60,537 nucleotides of DNA, filler included, from Asterionella formosa (GCA_002256025.1; 7 parts of 7 records of this genome joined end to end with filler, not necessarily neighbours in it); one strand, 5' to 3'. Positions 36,830 to 49,852 are shown, numbered from the whole stretch's first letter. Numbers and translations are program-made. The notes: generated by a model from the sequence alone, not told the origin.

Positions 36830-38800
36830 ATCCATATCCTCTTCTTCATAGTCAAGTAGTTTGCTTCACAGAATTTACATTCTTGGATGGGTCCGAAGGT
36901 TAGGGATGAAGAAGTGAAAATTTATTACAATTTTTTTTGGCTGCTCCAAGGCGCCAGGAAGAAACCTATCTGGCAGCTTTGCCTGCCTGTCCTACCAATG
37001 TGGGTTGCTTGGGGGCATCATGGCAGGATTTGAACTCCTCCCATCAGTTCACGTACTCAGGGATGTTTTTGAGGCAACCCGTCATCCATTAATGACCTGG
37101 TGTCCGGTGAGGCACCCCGCCCCTTCACCTGGGCAAGGTAGTGTGAGACTTTCACTCACTAAAAACCTGTGTGCAGCCCCAGTCTTGACCAGTACTCGGT
37201 CATTAGTCATAAACTCCGGAAAATAAAAATAGTCTTGTCTACCATTGATGTCAGGCATACCCTTACTGATTGATTCACGCTCCATTTCGATTGCGTTCTG
37301 CTTCTCAAAATCAGCAAGAAGTTCGCTGTAAAACTTCAGTGTTTCATCATTCCAGCTAAAAGTCAAACCATTGATTTGGCTTGAACTATTTACATTAAGG
37401 ATATTGCGACCCTTTGCAGACCCAACAGCCACAATATTGTCCACATAGGTACCAGCATTAAGAAAATGTTCAGGAATATCAGTATCTTCACAAAGATACA
37501 TACCTTTCAGCGTACTACTGTTTAATATAAATTTTCCACGGATACTCAGGAAAGTGTAGGCCTCTGTGCTGCCATGAATTGAATCACCAACATGTGTGCC
37601 ATGCAGGAGACACTTTCCTTGCTTACTTAACTTGTGCTTGTATGATCTAACTGGACCCAGTAAATATTGATCATGATTCTTGATTCATGCTCGGAAAAAA
37701 CTGATTGGAGCGAGTATTTGGAGGAAAGCCCAGTAGTGTTCAGATGAACTATCACAGGTGTCCAGATGGGCAGACTGTACAGAGACGAAGCCCAAACAAT
37801 GAAATCAGATTTACTGTATTCCCTAAAATTGGTTTCGAATAAACCAACTGAGATAGAGAATAAGCTCACAGATGAAATCAATATCCACACATTCATTAAA
37901 ATAGTAAACTTACTCAAAACCGCACAAATGAAATGATTCAATGTTAATTGAAAGTAACGCATATGATGCACATACCTCCAAACGTACTGTCAAAGTATAC
38001 CTTCTGTTCCTTACTAGCTACTTCTTGAAGATAGTAGAAATCAGTTCCTCTATGAGAAACTTCTAAAACACTATTCCAAATACAATCCGCCAATTCAGTA
38101 TCTTCCTTAATGGCAAGAGCGATTGCAGGATAGCGTTTCATCAAGAATGAGGCACAACCTTGCAAACCAATTACTGCATGGACTTGATATTCCAATACTA
38201 CTTGGTACAAATGTTTGAGCAAGATGTTTGTAAGATTGTAAGGATCATGAAAGTCCTACAAAATAATTCATCAACTACTTCAATAACAAGAGAGGATTTT
38301 ATCGATGCAGCGATGTCCTTTCGTTTTGTATAGACATCGTTAGCAAGGCTGGAATCACGGTATCCACTACTAGAAGAGGTATTCAGCGCAATTTTTCGTT
38401 CCAAGAGGGCAATCTTATTATGAAGTTGTTGAACATAAAATTACAACGGAAAATGATGCTTCTGGTCAATCGATGTCTCACGACTAAGACGGAATTGTGA
38501 GATACACTTTCGATCATTGTCTGTGGCAAGCTGTAATTCTATAATATTTGTCTTCGAAATATCGGTTACTGGCTCATGATCCTCATTTCTTCCTTGAATG
38601 GGTGGATAGAAAGGTGGCATCTCGTTGTTACCATGACTTGACAGTAACGAAATAACATCTTTGTCAGAATCTGAATCTTGATGAGGATGAGGTAGTTCCT
38701 TTTCTGTGGATGATGTATCATTACCATAGTGTACATAAGCATGACTTGCATAGTCAGACAGTTTTGTTAATGGTGTAACCAACCGTATTTTGTCTTTGAC
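36830..38800 (-). pseudogene. Decayed long coding region of unknown family
   Basis: Chain of co-oriented 68-139 aa ORFs with protein-like composition; no motif recognised. Confidence 0.35.
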
Positions 38801-39557
38801 ATGACTGGGAAGCCTTTTTTCAGAGAATTGTCATCATGATTGATGTTTTGTAACTTCTTTTGAGATGTGCTCTCACCAACACGTTTACCAGTTCGTATTG
38901 GCAGAATACCGTTAATTGTAGATGTTTCAAAATCAAAGCTTGAAACTTTATCTACCAGTACCGGTTTACTACTTCCATTTCTGGCGCGCCAAAACTAAAA
39001 GTTACCCCGTAGGTGTGTTAGGTCATGAAGAATTATTAATGGATCATTCATCAGTTAACGTTTCTTACTTCAAAGATGAAATCTGAGTATATAACGATAT
39101 AGATATGTCATATGTCGATCATAATCAAACTAATATGCATTGTGTTGATATCGGTCATTCATTCTAATATACCGGGTATCTTGAATACCGGTGATGTCCG
39201 AGTCATGTACTGGTAAATACCAGCATACATCATAGTTATGTGTTATGTACCTGGTACCAGTGGCACCTGGCACCAATGACAATTATCCACTATTCCTTAC
39301 CATAGATATGATTACTAACATGTATACGGTTGAGGATATTCCAAGTCTTGAAAAGTTTATCTTGTCATCCATACTTGTAGGATATTGAATGCTCCTTTGA
39401 AATAGTTATAGACATTCATAGATGAAAATAATAAATAAATTTTGAAGAATTGGAAATTTTGATAAATGATTGCGAAATTGAAGTACTTCTGATTTCACAC
39501 AACCGGATGATGAAGTGAAGATCGACAGCCTCCTATCGAACTAACCTTAAAACTCAG

Positions 39558-39927
39558 GCGAGAATGAGGATTGATACCCGGTTGCGTCACCTGTCACCTA
39601 TCTATCAACCATGAAAGGAGATGTAAGTTATATGCTCTTTACCTGTTTATCTATCATTAATGATAGATGTGTACGACAAATATCTCTCATCCCTACATGC
39701 AGATGCGAGAATGAGGATTGATTACCTGTCACCTATCAATCAGCCATGAAAGGAGATGTAAGTTATATGCTCTTTACCTGTTCATTTAATGGATAGGTTT
39801 CTACTACAAGGAATTCGACATTTATCTCTTGTCCCTACCTGCAGATGCGAGAATGAGGATTGATACACGATCACTTATCAATCAAGCATGATGGGCGATG
39901 TAAGTTATATTCTCTTTAACTGTTCAT
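39558..39927. repeat. Tandem repeat, ~145 bp x 2.6
   Basis: GCGAGAATGAGGATTGAT at 39558, 39705 and 39847, each followed by CATGA..GG.GATGTAAGTTATAT.CTCTTTA.CTGTT. Confidence 0.92.
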
Positions 39928-40965
39928 GTGTCTATTGGAGCGCGAAGTTGTATTTTCTCCTCAATTATGTTTATATAATAACCCTTGCTTGCTTGTTATT
40001 GATTCTATCGCTTCACGTCGTTACAACGTCTTCTTGGTGCACTTGAGTGTAAAGAAGAGCGCTTGTGATCATATATTGTTGATTGTTTCGTTGCATTTAT
40101 GTGGAGATGGATTACTCATTGCAAAACTTTCGCTAGCATTGTTCCTTTCTCCTACAGGAAAATCAGGTAGAAAGGATAGAGAATATGAGTTTGCTGTCAT
40201 TTGTAATGGTGGAATTTTGAATATTACATCAGCAACTTCGATGACTGTTTTATTTCATCTTTAAGAATGTCAAAGTGAATGATAGATGTCACTTAAACAA
40301 AAGGAAGCAACGATGACCTATGTGCTCATCCTGTTAAAGGATGTGAAGTGGGAACGGATGCTGAACGCATAAAGGATATAAATTTAAGTGGCAATACATG
40401 CAACTCGACTTTTCTAGATCGTTGATAATACATCATAATATGTTTGACCAAAAGTAAGATTGCTTTAGATCTGTAGAAAGGAATGAGTAAGGTCGAAAAC
40501 TAAGTATCCTTTGATCAAACACTCCAAATGTTAGATCAATAGCTAGATCAATTAACTTCATCGAACGGTTGTTATCATTAGATCGTAAGTTGGAACATTA
40601 CTTGATAAAAAAGTAACAGTTCTGTATTAACCATGGTGCCATTGTTGGAACGATTAATTTTTGCATGCATTGATATATGAATAGTTTGAATGTATAATAC
40701 TAATGGAACACAAACTGATGCTACAACAAAAACTGTTTGATAAAAGAACAGTAGTAGGTATATAAACATGCATACATAGCATGTTTATGATCAAACATGC
40801 AAAAAGTTATTGATCAATAACTTTTGTGTGTGATCAATAACTTGTTATGTTTGATGATGAATTAAAAAAAACTTCATACTGAGATAATCTTGGGGCAGTC
40901 GACAATTAAGCAAAAGTGTTAGGCCTAAAACATTTTCCATTCATAGACGTAGCCTACATACGAAC

Positions 40966-41860
40966 ATGGTACTCAAAACAACAACCATGCATGGTTTAAT
41001 CTAAACTTTAACGCTTACTTTGAACACGTTGTTATAATTTATACATGCTGTAAAGCTAGGAATGGCTCAAGGTAGTTGGTTGAGCACGTTGCCTTTGATC
41101 TGAGGTTGTGAGGTTCGATTCCCGCAATTTTTTTGAGAAGCAATTGTTGGGTTCGACTTGCACACTCCTTACCGTCCCGCACGGTCTTGCCTGGTGTGCA
41201 AGAAATAGTGGGTTGCCCCCCTACAAGCAGCTTTTGCCGCCTTCCTAGGCGGTCGGAGTTTCCCCTAACGCTGCGGCTAGTAAGACAATCATCTTTCGTG
41301 AAGGGTGGTTGGGGACTCATCTACGCTAACAAAACTAGGGAAGCACAGGTCTTGTCGGCAGGCAGCACAATGAATACTTGCCTTGAAAAAGGGGAGTATG
41401 AATGAGCTATAAAACAGATTATCATTTTTATATATATGCTGTAGACTTGGATATTATCCTCATGAGACTATTATGTTAAATTATTTGCTTCACATATTCA
41501 TTGATTTTTCAAATGCCCGATTATATTACAATCATTCTCAAATGTTTTGCGGTTGTTTTACCATTTTTATGTACATTTGCCATTATTCTGGCTATCATGC
41601 TGAAATCGGAAATTTTGATGCCGGAAAATTCGATGTGCCCCATATTGTCCCTAAGTAAAAATTACTTAGAGCTTAGAAATTACTTAGAAGTACCCATGGC
41701 AAGACAATGCTGGTAGCCGGAGTGGGAATTGCCGAAAGATCCATTGTGCCCCATGTTGCCCCTTTATAAAAATTTCTTAGTGGTAGCAAAAATCACTTTG
41801 ACACCCACATTCCTCATCAAAAAGCAAGACAATAGCTAGGGTGGGGATTTCTTAAGTATT
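40966..41860. repeat. Dispersed repeat family copy (homolog at 57081-58352), internally deleted and SINE-interrupted
   Basis: Shares ACAACCATGCATGGTTTAA..CTTTAACGCTT and TTACAATCATTCTC...ATGTGCCCC...AAAAATTACTT...ACTTAGAAGTACCC with the 57-58 kb copy. Confidence 0.85.
41059..41430 (+). mobile_element. Second tRNA-headed SINE-like insertion with a structured body
   Basis: Head GGAATGGCTCAAGGTAGTTGGTTGAGCAC; B box GGTTCGATTCC at 41112. TSD TATACATGCTGTA (41040-41052) / TATATATGCTGTA (41431-41443). The homolog near 57150 lacks the insert. Confidence 0.75.
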
Positions 41861-41888
41861 TGCTGCTGTGGGGTGTCATGTACATACC

Positions 41889-42286
41889 TGTTGGAAAGGT
41901 CCGTAGTCCTTCCCACAGGCTGGGTCTCTTCATGTAGGCGCTTAAGTACTAGTGGTACTACCAAGTACCACTTACTTTCTCTCTGCTCTGCTTCTAGCCT
42001 TTCTGCTAGATAAACTGATTGACTTTCCTGTCAACTAACACACTATTTCCTCAATTGATAATATTAAATAAAATTATAAGCTAAACTAAATGTTTCCTTT
42101 CCATGCATCTTTGCTTCCCGCAAAGTCGTTGTAAGTCTCTCCTTGAATTTTCCACAAAAACATTTCCATAGAAACCTTCAATCTTTGATCTCGTTTGATA
42201 GCTGATTGACATGGCAATGCAAGATTCGACTCGTTGGATTACAATCGAGTCCACAACCCTCGTGACTCGAGCTAATATTCGTGACA
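41889..42286 (-). repeat. Solo LTR related to the LTR at 1581-1959
   Basis: TGTTGGAAAGGTCCGTAGTCCTTCCC vs TGTTGAAAGGTCTCGTACTCCTTCCC; GACTCGTTGGATTACAATCGAGTCCACA vs GACTCATTGGACTATAGTCGAGTCCACA; end ATATTCGTGACA vs ATATTCTTGACA. Confidence 0.85.
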
Positions 42287-42545
42287 CCCGGTATCATGCC
42301 TGGTGAATCGCCTGGAACCAGGTACCTGGTACCATGGGTACCTCCATGGTCCTCCCTGGTGGTAGCAGGTACTGGTAGCTGGTAGTCGTTCTTCTTGGCT
42401 GCTTTTCTTTTGCCTCGCTCGCGCATATCAATAGATAGCAATATCGGTACCTGGTACCAGGTACCGGCAATCATTTGAAGTCGCATACATGCATCACACA
42501 GCGTTGTTGTCAGCGTTCTTGCCTTTGACGCTATCAATCGTGACA

Positions 42546-43246
42546 ATGTCGTTATCATCGCTAGATCGAGAAACGTCCTGCATCATTTGCTTTGAATCCT
42601 TCGGGGCTGACCAGAAAGTTTGTGCGACAGTCCCATGTGGACACGTGTTTCATTCTCTCTGTTTTGCAGGGTGGGAGCAATCTCGGCGAGGACGAGCCGA
42701 CTGCAAGTGTCCCATGTGCAATACACCCACAACAGCGTCCATTCGATTGTTCGTTAATCTTGCGAAGGAACATGCAAACGATGACGACAGCTTGAGTTCT
42801 AGCAGCACTGAAGGGGGTAACGACGAGGAGGAGGACGATGCGAGCAATGACGCCAAATTAGTGACGAATCAACTTGCAACAGTAGTCAGAGGGGGCCCCC
42901 CAGAAGTGATTGATTTACCAGATGGTTACGAAGGAAACGATCAACAAAACGATATGCCGTTTCTAGACAAGACAATTAGGAAGACAGAGTCCTTGTCGTC
43001 CCGCAATCCGGCTGTGGTACGCCGCAAAGCAACGCGCCTCAAGAAAAGAGTGAAAGCCCTAGAGCATCAAAAAAGGGATATGCTCGAAAAGGAAAAAATC
43101 CACTTCGCGCAGGAAAAGGAGTTCCAAGAGCGATTAAAACAAATTGACATTGAAGTCAACGAGCTTAAAGAGGAATCTAAAGACGCTCAAAGGACTCTTC
43201 ATCACACTAAGCATGAACTACAGCGAGAAATATTGCTGCGAAACCG
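42546..43246 (+). CDS. RING-finger (C3H2C3) plus coiled-coil protein, TRAIP-like architecture; 3' truncated by the gap
   Basis: CIICFE...PCGHVFHSLCF..W...CPMC followed by a K/E-rich coiled coil. Confidence 0.85.
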
Positions 43247-43610
43247 NNNNNNNNNNNNNNNNNNNNNNNNNNNNNNNNNNNNNNNNNNNNTTAATTAATT
43301 AANNNNNNNNNNNNNNNNNNNNNNNNNNNNNNNNNNNNNNNNNNNNTAGGAGTACTAGGTCCAGGTATGTTCACACCTGGGCTGTGTATGCATATATGTA
43401 TTTAGTTTGTGGAGTCCATGTGCATGAAGATGAAGCAAGCCCAAAAAGTGAACGAGTGTGCGCAAATATTTACGAAAATGATACGTGTATCAATTAAGCA
43501 AGGATCACTTGTTTTCTTCCTCTGATTGCAGCTTCTGATAGGTTGTGGCTGGATTGGTAAGATCACGCTATCCTGCTACTTCCTAGCTGCAGGAAAGGTT
43601 CTCCAAAAGC

Positions 43611-45057
43611 ATGAGGAGCCTCCGAATTGCTTTCGTTTGTGACTTTTTCTACCCTCGACTAGGCGGGGTTGAAATGCATCTATGGTCCTTGGCGCAGCAT
43701 TTACTGCGCTTGGGACACAAAGTGATCGTCATTACTCATTCGTACGGTCAAAGGAAGGGAGTAAGATGGCTTCCTGGTCCGTTGAAAGTATATTACTGTC
43801 CTTTAGCAGAAATGACAGATCAAGATACCCTGCCGACCTTTACCGCCTCCTTGCCGTTACTACGATGGATCTTCCTTCGCGAAAAGATCCAACTGGTACA
43901 TGGACATCAAGCTACATCTGTCATGGCAAATGAGAGTTTAGTTTATGCAGGAATGTTGGGATTGGCAAGTGTGTATACCGACCATTCCTTGTTTGGCTTT
44001 GACGACGTGGCCAGTATAGTACTCAATCGGGTAAGCGACAACCACCAATGCCAAAAATAGAGGCGCTCGCATCACCAGAGAAACGTTTGTGATACATTGT
44101 AGCTAACTGTGCTTCAAACCTCAGGTACTTCAGGCAACGTTATGTAATATAGATGCTGCCATTTGCGTTTCTCATACATGCCGAGACAATTTGATATTGA
44201 GAGCCAAATTATCTCCGCGATCGGTGGTTGTGATTCCCAATGCGCTTGATCCGTCCAAATTTACACCGGACCCTTTGAAACGAGATTTGCAACGAATCAA
44301 AATTGTGGTAGTTTCACGTCTGGTGTATCGGAAGGGGGTTGACTTGCTAGTTGAGATCATTCCGAGGATATGCAATGTGGACACAAAAGTTGATTTCATT
44401 ATTGGTGGCGATGGTAGCAAACGTTTAGCATTGCAAGAAATGGTAGAACGAGAAGGCCTTCAAGACCGGGTGGAATTTCTCGGCGCGGTTCCTCACTCCA
44501 GAGTTAGAAGTGTCTTATGTCGAGGCCATATATTTTTGAATTGTTCCCTGACAGAAAGTTTTTGTATTGCAATCTTGGAGGCTGCGAGCTGCGGGTTGTT
44601 AGTCGTATCTACTAATGTTGGTGGAGTTCCCGAAGTTCTTCCAGAAGATCTCGTCTTTTTATCCGATCCCCAAGTATCCTCACTTGTACGCAACTTGAAG
44701 GAAGCCATTGTGAAACAAGCTGATTTCGACCCCTTTAGAGCTCATGAACGAATCAAACAAATGTACTCATGGAGCCGTGTCGCCACCGAAACTGTGGAAG
44801 TATATCGTCAAGTACTGACGAAGCAATCCAAGACTCTGTTAGAACGATTGGGATCGTGTTTCGTTTCCATGGGTGCTATAGCTGGTAGCGTGGTTTGTCT
44901 TCTCCTTGTTTCGTTTGAGTTTCTTCTTTTAGTCATTGAATGGTGGCAACCCCAAGACGCAATTGATGTCCTGCCCGATGTCTTGATACAAGAAGACCAC
45001 TGTATTGATGAGACTACAAAACTTTCGAAAGGGAACGACAGGGCGGATGAGCATTGA
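43611..45057 (+). CDS. PIGA: Phosphatidylinositol N-acetylglucosaminyltransferase subunit A (GPI3/PIG-A); exons 43611-44030 and 44125-45057
   Basis: DFFYPRLGGVEMH, YTDHSLFGFDD, SRLVYRKGVDLL, SLTESFCIAILEAASCGLLVVSTNVGGVPEVLP. In-phase intron GTAAGC...GCTAAC...CAG. Confidence 0.96.
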
Positions 45058-45179
45058 CATCAAAACATGAAGCAGGATCATAATAAAGATATTTTGTAGC
45101 GACGGGAGGTTGTTCAAGAATTATTTTACATTCAAAAGCCGCTCCATTCCTATTTTACAATTCTTGATGGGATGTAAGA

Positions 45180-46806
45180 TCATCGCCACGAACTCCCATC
45201 ATGGCACATGGAGCAAGTCGAATTTATGAACCGAACTTCCAGTGGAATGTTCTGCACATATGAAGCTTGATGACGATACAGTGCCACGACGAACTCGAAC
45301 AGTTCCAAATCCAATCGGTTTCGTTCCGCGAGCGCGTTGTACACCACACTCCCCTTGTGCGGTAAAACATTTTTCGGGGAAGCGTTCATGTTGACCCCAT
45401 TGGCTAATAGCGAGTTTCGGCATGTTTCTTGATGAGTGGGATTCATCGTATAGGTCCATCCAAAGAAGCGTTCAAAACGTTCCAGTGATTCTTCTAAACG
45501 ATCGAGTAACCCAACTAAGACCTTTTGACTGAGAATTGCCTTGGCTTGTTCCAAATGTCCCTTGTTCAATAATGTATTTGGTGGAGTGTTACAAAGCTGT
45601 CGAGTCATGAAATTGTCCTCTACCAGAGACGAGACAGAGTATTGTTCCAGCGTCAAATTCGAGAAATGATCTTGAAAGGTTCGCTCGTGAGTAGCACCTT
45701 GTAAATAAGCAAACATAGAGACGGCTCTCGAGATGGGATCACGGAAAAGCGAAAAAACTTTTCCTCGAATTTTCGTCGACTGAAAGAGTTGAGCAGCATC
45801 CCATATGAGGGGAGTTGAAATCTAAAGCATAATGTCAGCTCGAAGTTGAAATATAAGAGAGATGCACAGCACTGGTGAGTAATGTTTACATATTCAGGGA
45901 ACTTACCACATCCACAAGTTTGGCATTGACAAGACCAAGGTCTGTAGCTCGTTGCAGGCCATAAATCGTCGTGACATCGACGTTAACATGACGAGTGTGC
46001 TCGATTTGCCCTTGAATATGAAGTAAGTCGATCTTTTCGTCGAACTCGTGACCATCCAAGACACCCACTTCCGAAGCCATTATTTTGTAATGACAATTTC
46101 CTAGAATTGCTTTGATCGTAGACCCGCCAGTTTTTGGTATGTGCCAAAAAGTCGGAATCGTTCGTCCCCTATGACGGTTAAGTACCATTGAGGCAGGATT
46201 CGCAAAGAAGCTTTGATAGGCAAGCCATTGCCTTTCCAGCAATATGCTTGCTTCTGGAGGGGGTAGGATTGATTGAATGGCCAATAGTACATCCTGATGT
46301 TGTTCTTCTGTCACAACGTCGTTGAGCAAACTTATTGACTTTACTTGATTCTTGGATGTCAGCAATGTGATGTTTAGTACTGTCCGAATCGGACTAATTG
46401 AATCAAATTCATTCTCAAGATCTTCTTTCCCAGGGATGTCTTCGAGTCTAGCGAAGTAATTGAGAGATTTTCCTTTCGGTGGCCGAAACAAGGAATGTTT
46501 CTTTATCAGTTTGGGCGAGTCCATTTCGTCCAATTCCACTGTCCATGAGGTTTTCTTTGAATCATCATGATTCATCGCCTTTGCTGTATCTTGTCGTCGC
46601 CCAAGATTCGGTGTGAAATCAATTCCCTCCAACCCGAAGAAGGCAATCATGGAAAGTAGCAAAATAAACCCCAGCCGTTGGCAATTTCTTGACTCCAAGT
46701 TGACGCTGAAACCATCGTTTTCATAAATTGTGTCCATCCTCCGCCGTCCCCTTCGCCTAGACCGACCACTTTTTGTCGACGAATCGTCTCTGCTAGCAGT
46801 CGACAT
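45180..46806 (-). CDS. Sulfotransferase-family (type II membrane) protein; exons 46806-45907 and 45821-45180
   Basis: PAPS-binding motifs FWHIPKTGGSTIK and FSLFRDPISRAVS; N-terminal TM segment. An 85-nt GTAAGT...TTTAG intron joins the two ORFs in frame. Confidence 0.88.
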
Positions 46807-48501
46807 CGTCCTCCCTTTCACTGGTCGACGACGAAAGCGAACAATGCATAGTCTTCAGCATTCAAATTATTTCACTTTACTTTTATTTCGTCTTGATTCG
46901 AATTTGGGGCAAACAACCCGTCGTCATAGGCAGCAGTCAAGCAAGAATGTACCGGTCATCATGTCATCATAGCAAGGGACATCCGCGTGCGTAATGACCA
47001 CAGTCATCTTAGCCCCAATCCTCCGATCTTACCTACCGGGTATATGAATATATTTATAGCCGTGTGTATAATGTAGAAATAATTGTATAAATACTGGCTG
47101 GTACATGATAAAACCAAGAAAAGTTGCACGATTGAAAAACCACACAAATGCCAAAAATTATTTTCTCCGGAGAAAAAAATTCTTTGTGCTTGCTCATAAC
47201 AATGACATTGCTTTTCAACATTATTTACATTGCTCACATGCTGGGCTGGTGCCTCATCTGTAATCATTTTGTTTACTTTTTCCATCCTTCCAAGGACTAT
47301 GATCATGATGACAACAACAATCAACCTTGCTTGTTGCTTGTATATTGTCTGATTTTCCAAAATGAGCTTTCTATTTGTTCCTGAGCTGGTGAATAACTAC
47401 AATTTAGTGCTAATGACTTAGTAGTGAGTACTGGAGTACTAGTTAGTTGGTGATGGCAATGGTGATTTATGTAGAATGAGCAAGTAGAAAGTGATGTTAC
47501 TACTAAAAATGATGGGAATATATCTACCAGTATATCCCAACTACCATTTTTCAGATAGTATTAACCATCCAATATTGCTAATAGCATATAAATCAGTTGC
47601 ATCCACTTACACAGTCCCTACAGAAGAAATAGTTAGCAGCACTGAAACAATGATAAAATTCAGGTGCACAAGTGAGCCAAAGAATGTAATTCTATTGATC
47701 AGAATGACCTTCACTGGAACCTAGTAATCAGTCGTGGCTGCTGTTATTGGGGTTAGAGGATGAATGCTCACAGGGGGGTGTTTAGTACTCTATGGTTGAT
47801 TTTCATCCAGGAATGTTTGTACCAGTTTTCATCTATGTATGAATTTATAAATATATGTATGATGTATATTACCAGTAGCGAATATCCATACATGAAGCAA
47901 ACATTCAAAACTGGAACAAGAAATCATCAAAGTAGAGACAGCCAGCTACATCACAATCAGGTAATGACAAGAAATGTTGAGATGTTCCAGATCTCTTGAT
48001 AGTACTTACATGCCCAGCGCCCAGTAGTAGTTCTCCACTAGCTAGTAGTTTGACAACGCTTTAATCTAGTTTTAGATTTGCCTTTTTCAATGTTGTGATT
48101 ACTTCAGATTAATTTTTCTTGCAATCTTGCCAAATTACTTGGCCTTACCAAATTGATCTTGCTTCATGAATTTTACTTTCTTGGACTTGTTCTTCACCTC
48201 CATCCACTCTTTCTCATTGGTCAATTTCTTGTAAACTAATTGTAATTATTTCTAAACTATCAATCTTGCCAACTGGTCCTGCTAACCTTAATCCTGCCAA
48301 ATACAATTCAAGACTTCTACCTACCGGTACTCCAACTAATTTCGATCCCACTTTCAGTCCCATAAGTCATTTCGCGACTTGACTCATTAGACTGGCAACG
48401 TCGCCCGGAGTTTTTATAACTCCAGCTGACAGTCCATTTGCAAAAGCTTGTTCATATTCACAGAAGGACTTGTGACTGAATTCCTTTCTAGGGGACGAGT
48501 A

Positions 48502-49852
48502 ATGATACTGAAGTCACTGGCCATCGCCGTGGCTTTGATCTGGTCGTTATTGATGAGTAACATCGTTTGTGCATCGTCGCTCCCAGTGGCTGCTTCACTG
48601 AAAAGCGATTCGACTGCTGTCAAAAAGCACTTGATTGTCTTGGTCCATGGGGTTTACGGGAATGACAAAGAAATGGGATATCTTCAAGAAGCGCTGGAAC
48701 GGGAAGCTTCGTCTTCGGAGAACCTTATTGTGTATTCGGCGACGTCCAATGTTGGGAAAACGGTGAGTTCCATTCATTTCTAGTCTGCGATTACTGGCGC
48801 TTCTGTATAACACATCTCCTAACTCTTTTCAAACAACACTCCATTTCATTCAGACCGACGGTATTGCTGCGGGTGGGAAGCGGTTGGCTGCGGAGGTGCT
48901 GCACAAGATAGAATCCCATCAAACCGAGCAGTTCACCCTGACCATGGTCGGGAATTCTCTGGGTGGCCTCTATGCACGATATGCTATCTCGGAACTCTTG
49001 CCTCACTCCAAAATTGAACCAAAGACCTTTTGCACCACGGCTACTCCTCATCTTGGCGTGTCGCATCACACCTACATTCCTGTTCCAAAGTGGGCCGAAT
49101 GGGTCATTGGAAGTACCATGCGAACAACTGGACGGGATTTATTTTTACAGTCCACTATTGTTCACGAATTGGCTACCAAAGAGACATTCTTGGCTCCGTT
49201 GAGACGCTTCCAATATCGGCTGGCGTATGCAAATGCCTACGGTACAGACTTTCAGGTTCCTACAAGTACCGCAGCTTTCTTGGCGCGTGCCGATACTCCT
49301 CACTTTACGATTGACCAGCCACGGAAAGGTTCCATTATCTTGAGGGTAAAAACGAACGAAACAAATTCAATTACCGGAAGTAATGTCCAAACCACAAGCA
49401 AAAACGATGTGCAGACTGAGAACAACAAAGAATATGGTAACACGGAGATTTCTACAGGCATGCCTAGGATGGCAAATGATGCTGAAATGGCGGCCTCTCT
49501 GGATAGTCTCGGTTGGACAAAGGTATTTTGTGATGTTCGTGAAGATTTACCACTTCCTTCTCTGTGGAATCCTTTTGCATCGACTGATGCCACCCTTATG
49601 AAACAGCCAGTTTGGACGTCGGAGGAACTGTTACAGAGTGTTGGAAAGCGATTGACGGAACGATTCCATGTTCCGATGGGGCACTCTGTCATGGTTGCTA
49701 ACAGCAAATCTGAGTGGTATGGAAATTTTAATGCCAAAGGACGACCAATTATGGACCAATTGGCAAAGGAATTGATTGAAGTCTTGGAGTTTGACCTTCA
49801 CGAGGGCAGTTGCAGCGCGAAACAACGTGAACACCTTGACGAGCGGAAATAG
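48502..49852 (+). CDS. DUF676 putative lipase/serine esterase (alpha/beta hydrolase) with signal peptide; exons 48502-48762 and 48854-49852
   Basis: HLIVLVHGVYG, KTTDGIAAGGKRLA, GNSLGGLYARYA, TTATPHLG, YANAYGTDFQVP; intron GTGAGT...CAG. Confidence 0.9.

Noticed and set aside
39558..39927. CRISPR-like array
   Set aside because: The spacers are homologous to each other, the unit is ~145 bp, the context is eukaryotic and there are no cas genes.
41260..41272. Telomerase RNA template (CCCTAAC)
   Set aside because: Only 7 nt, likely by chance, and it sits in a TSD-flanked insertion within a repeat.
47004..48000. Short ORFs in AT-rich intergenic DNA, plus the many antisense ORFs over real genes and TEs
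   Set aside because: No motifs, many non-ATG starts, and lengths expected by chance or as shadows of the coding strand.
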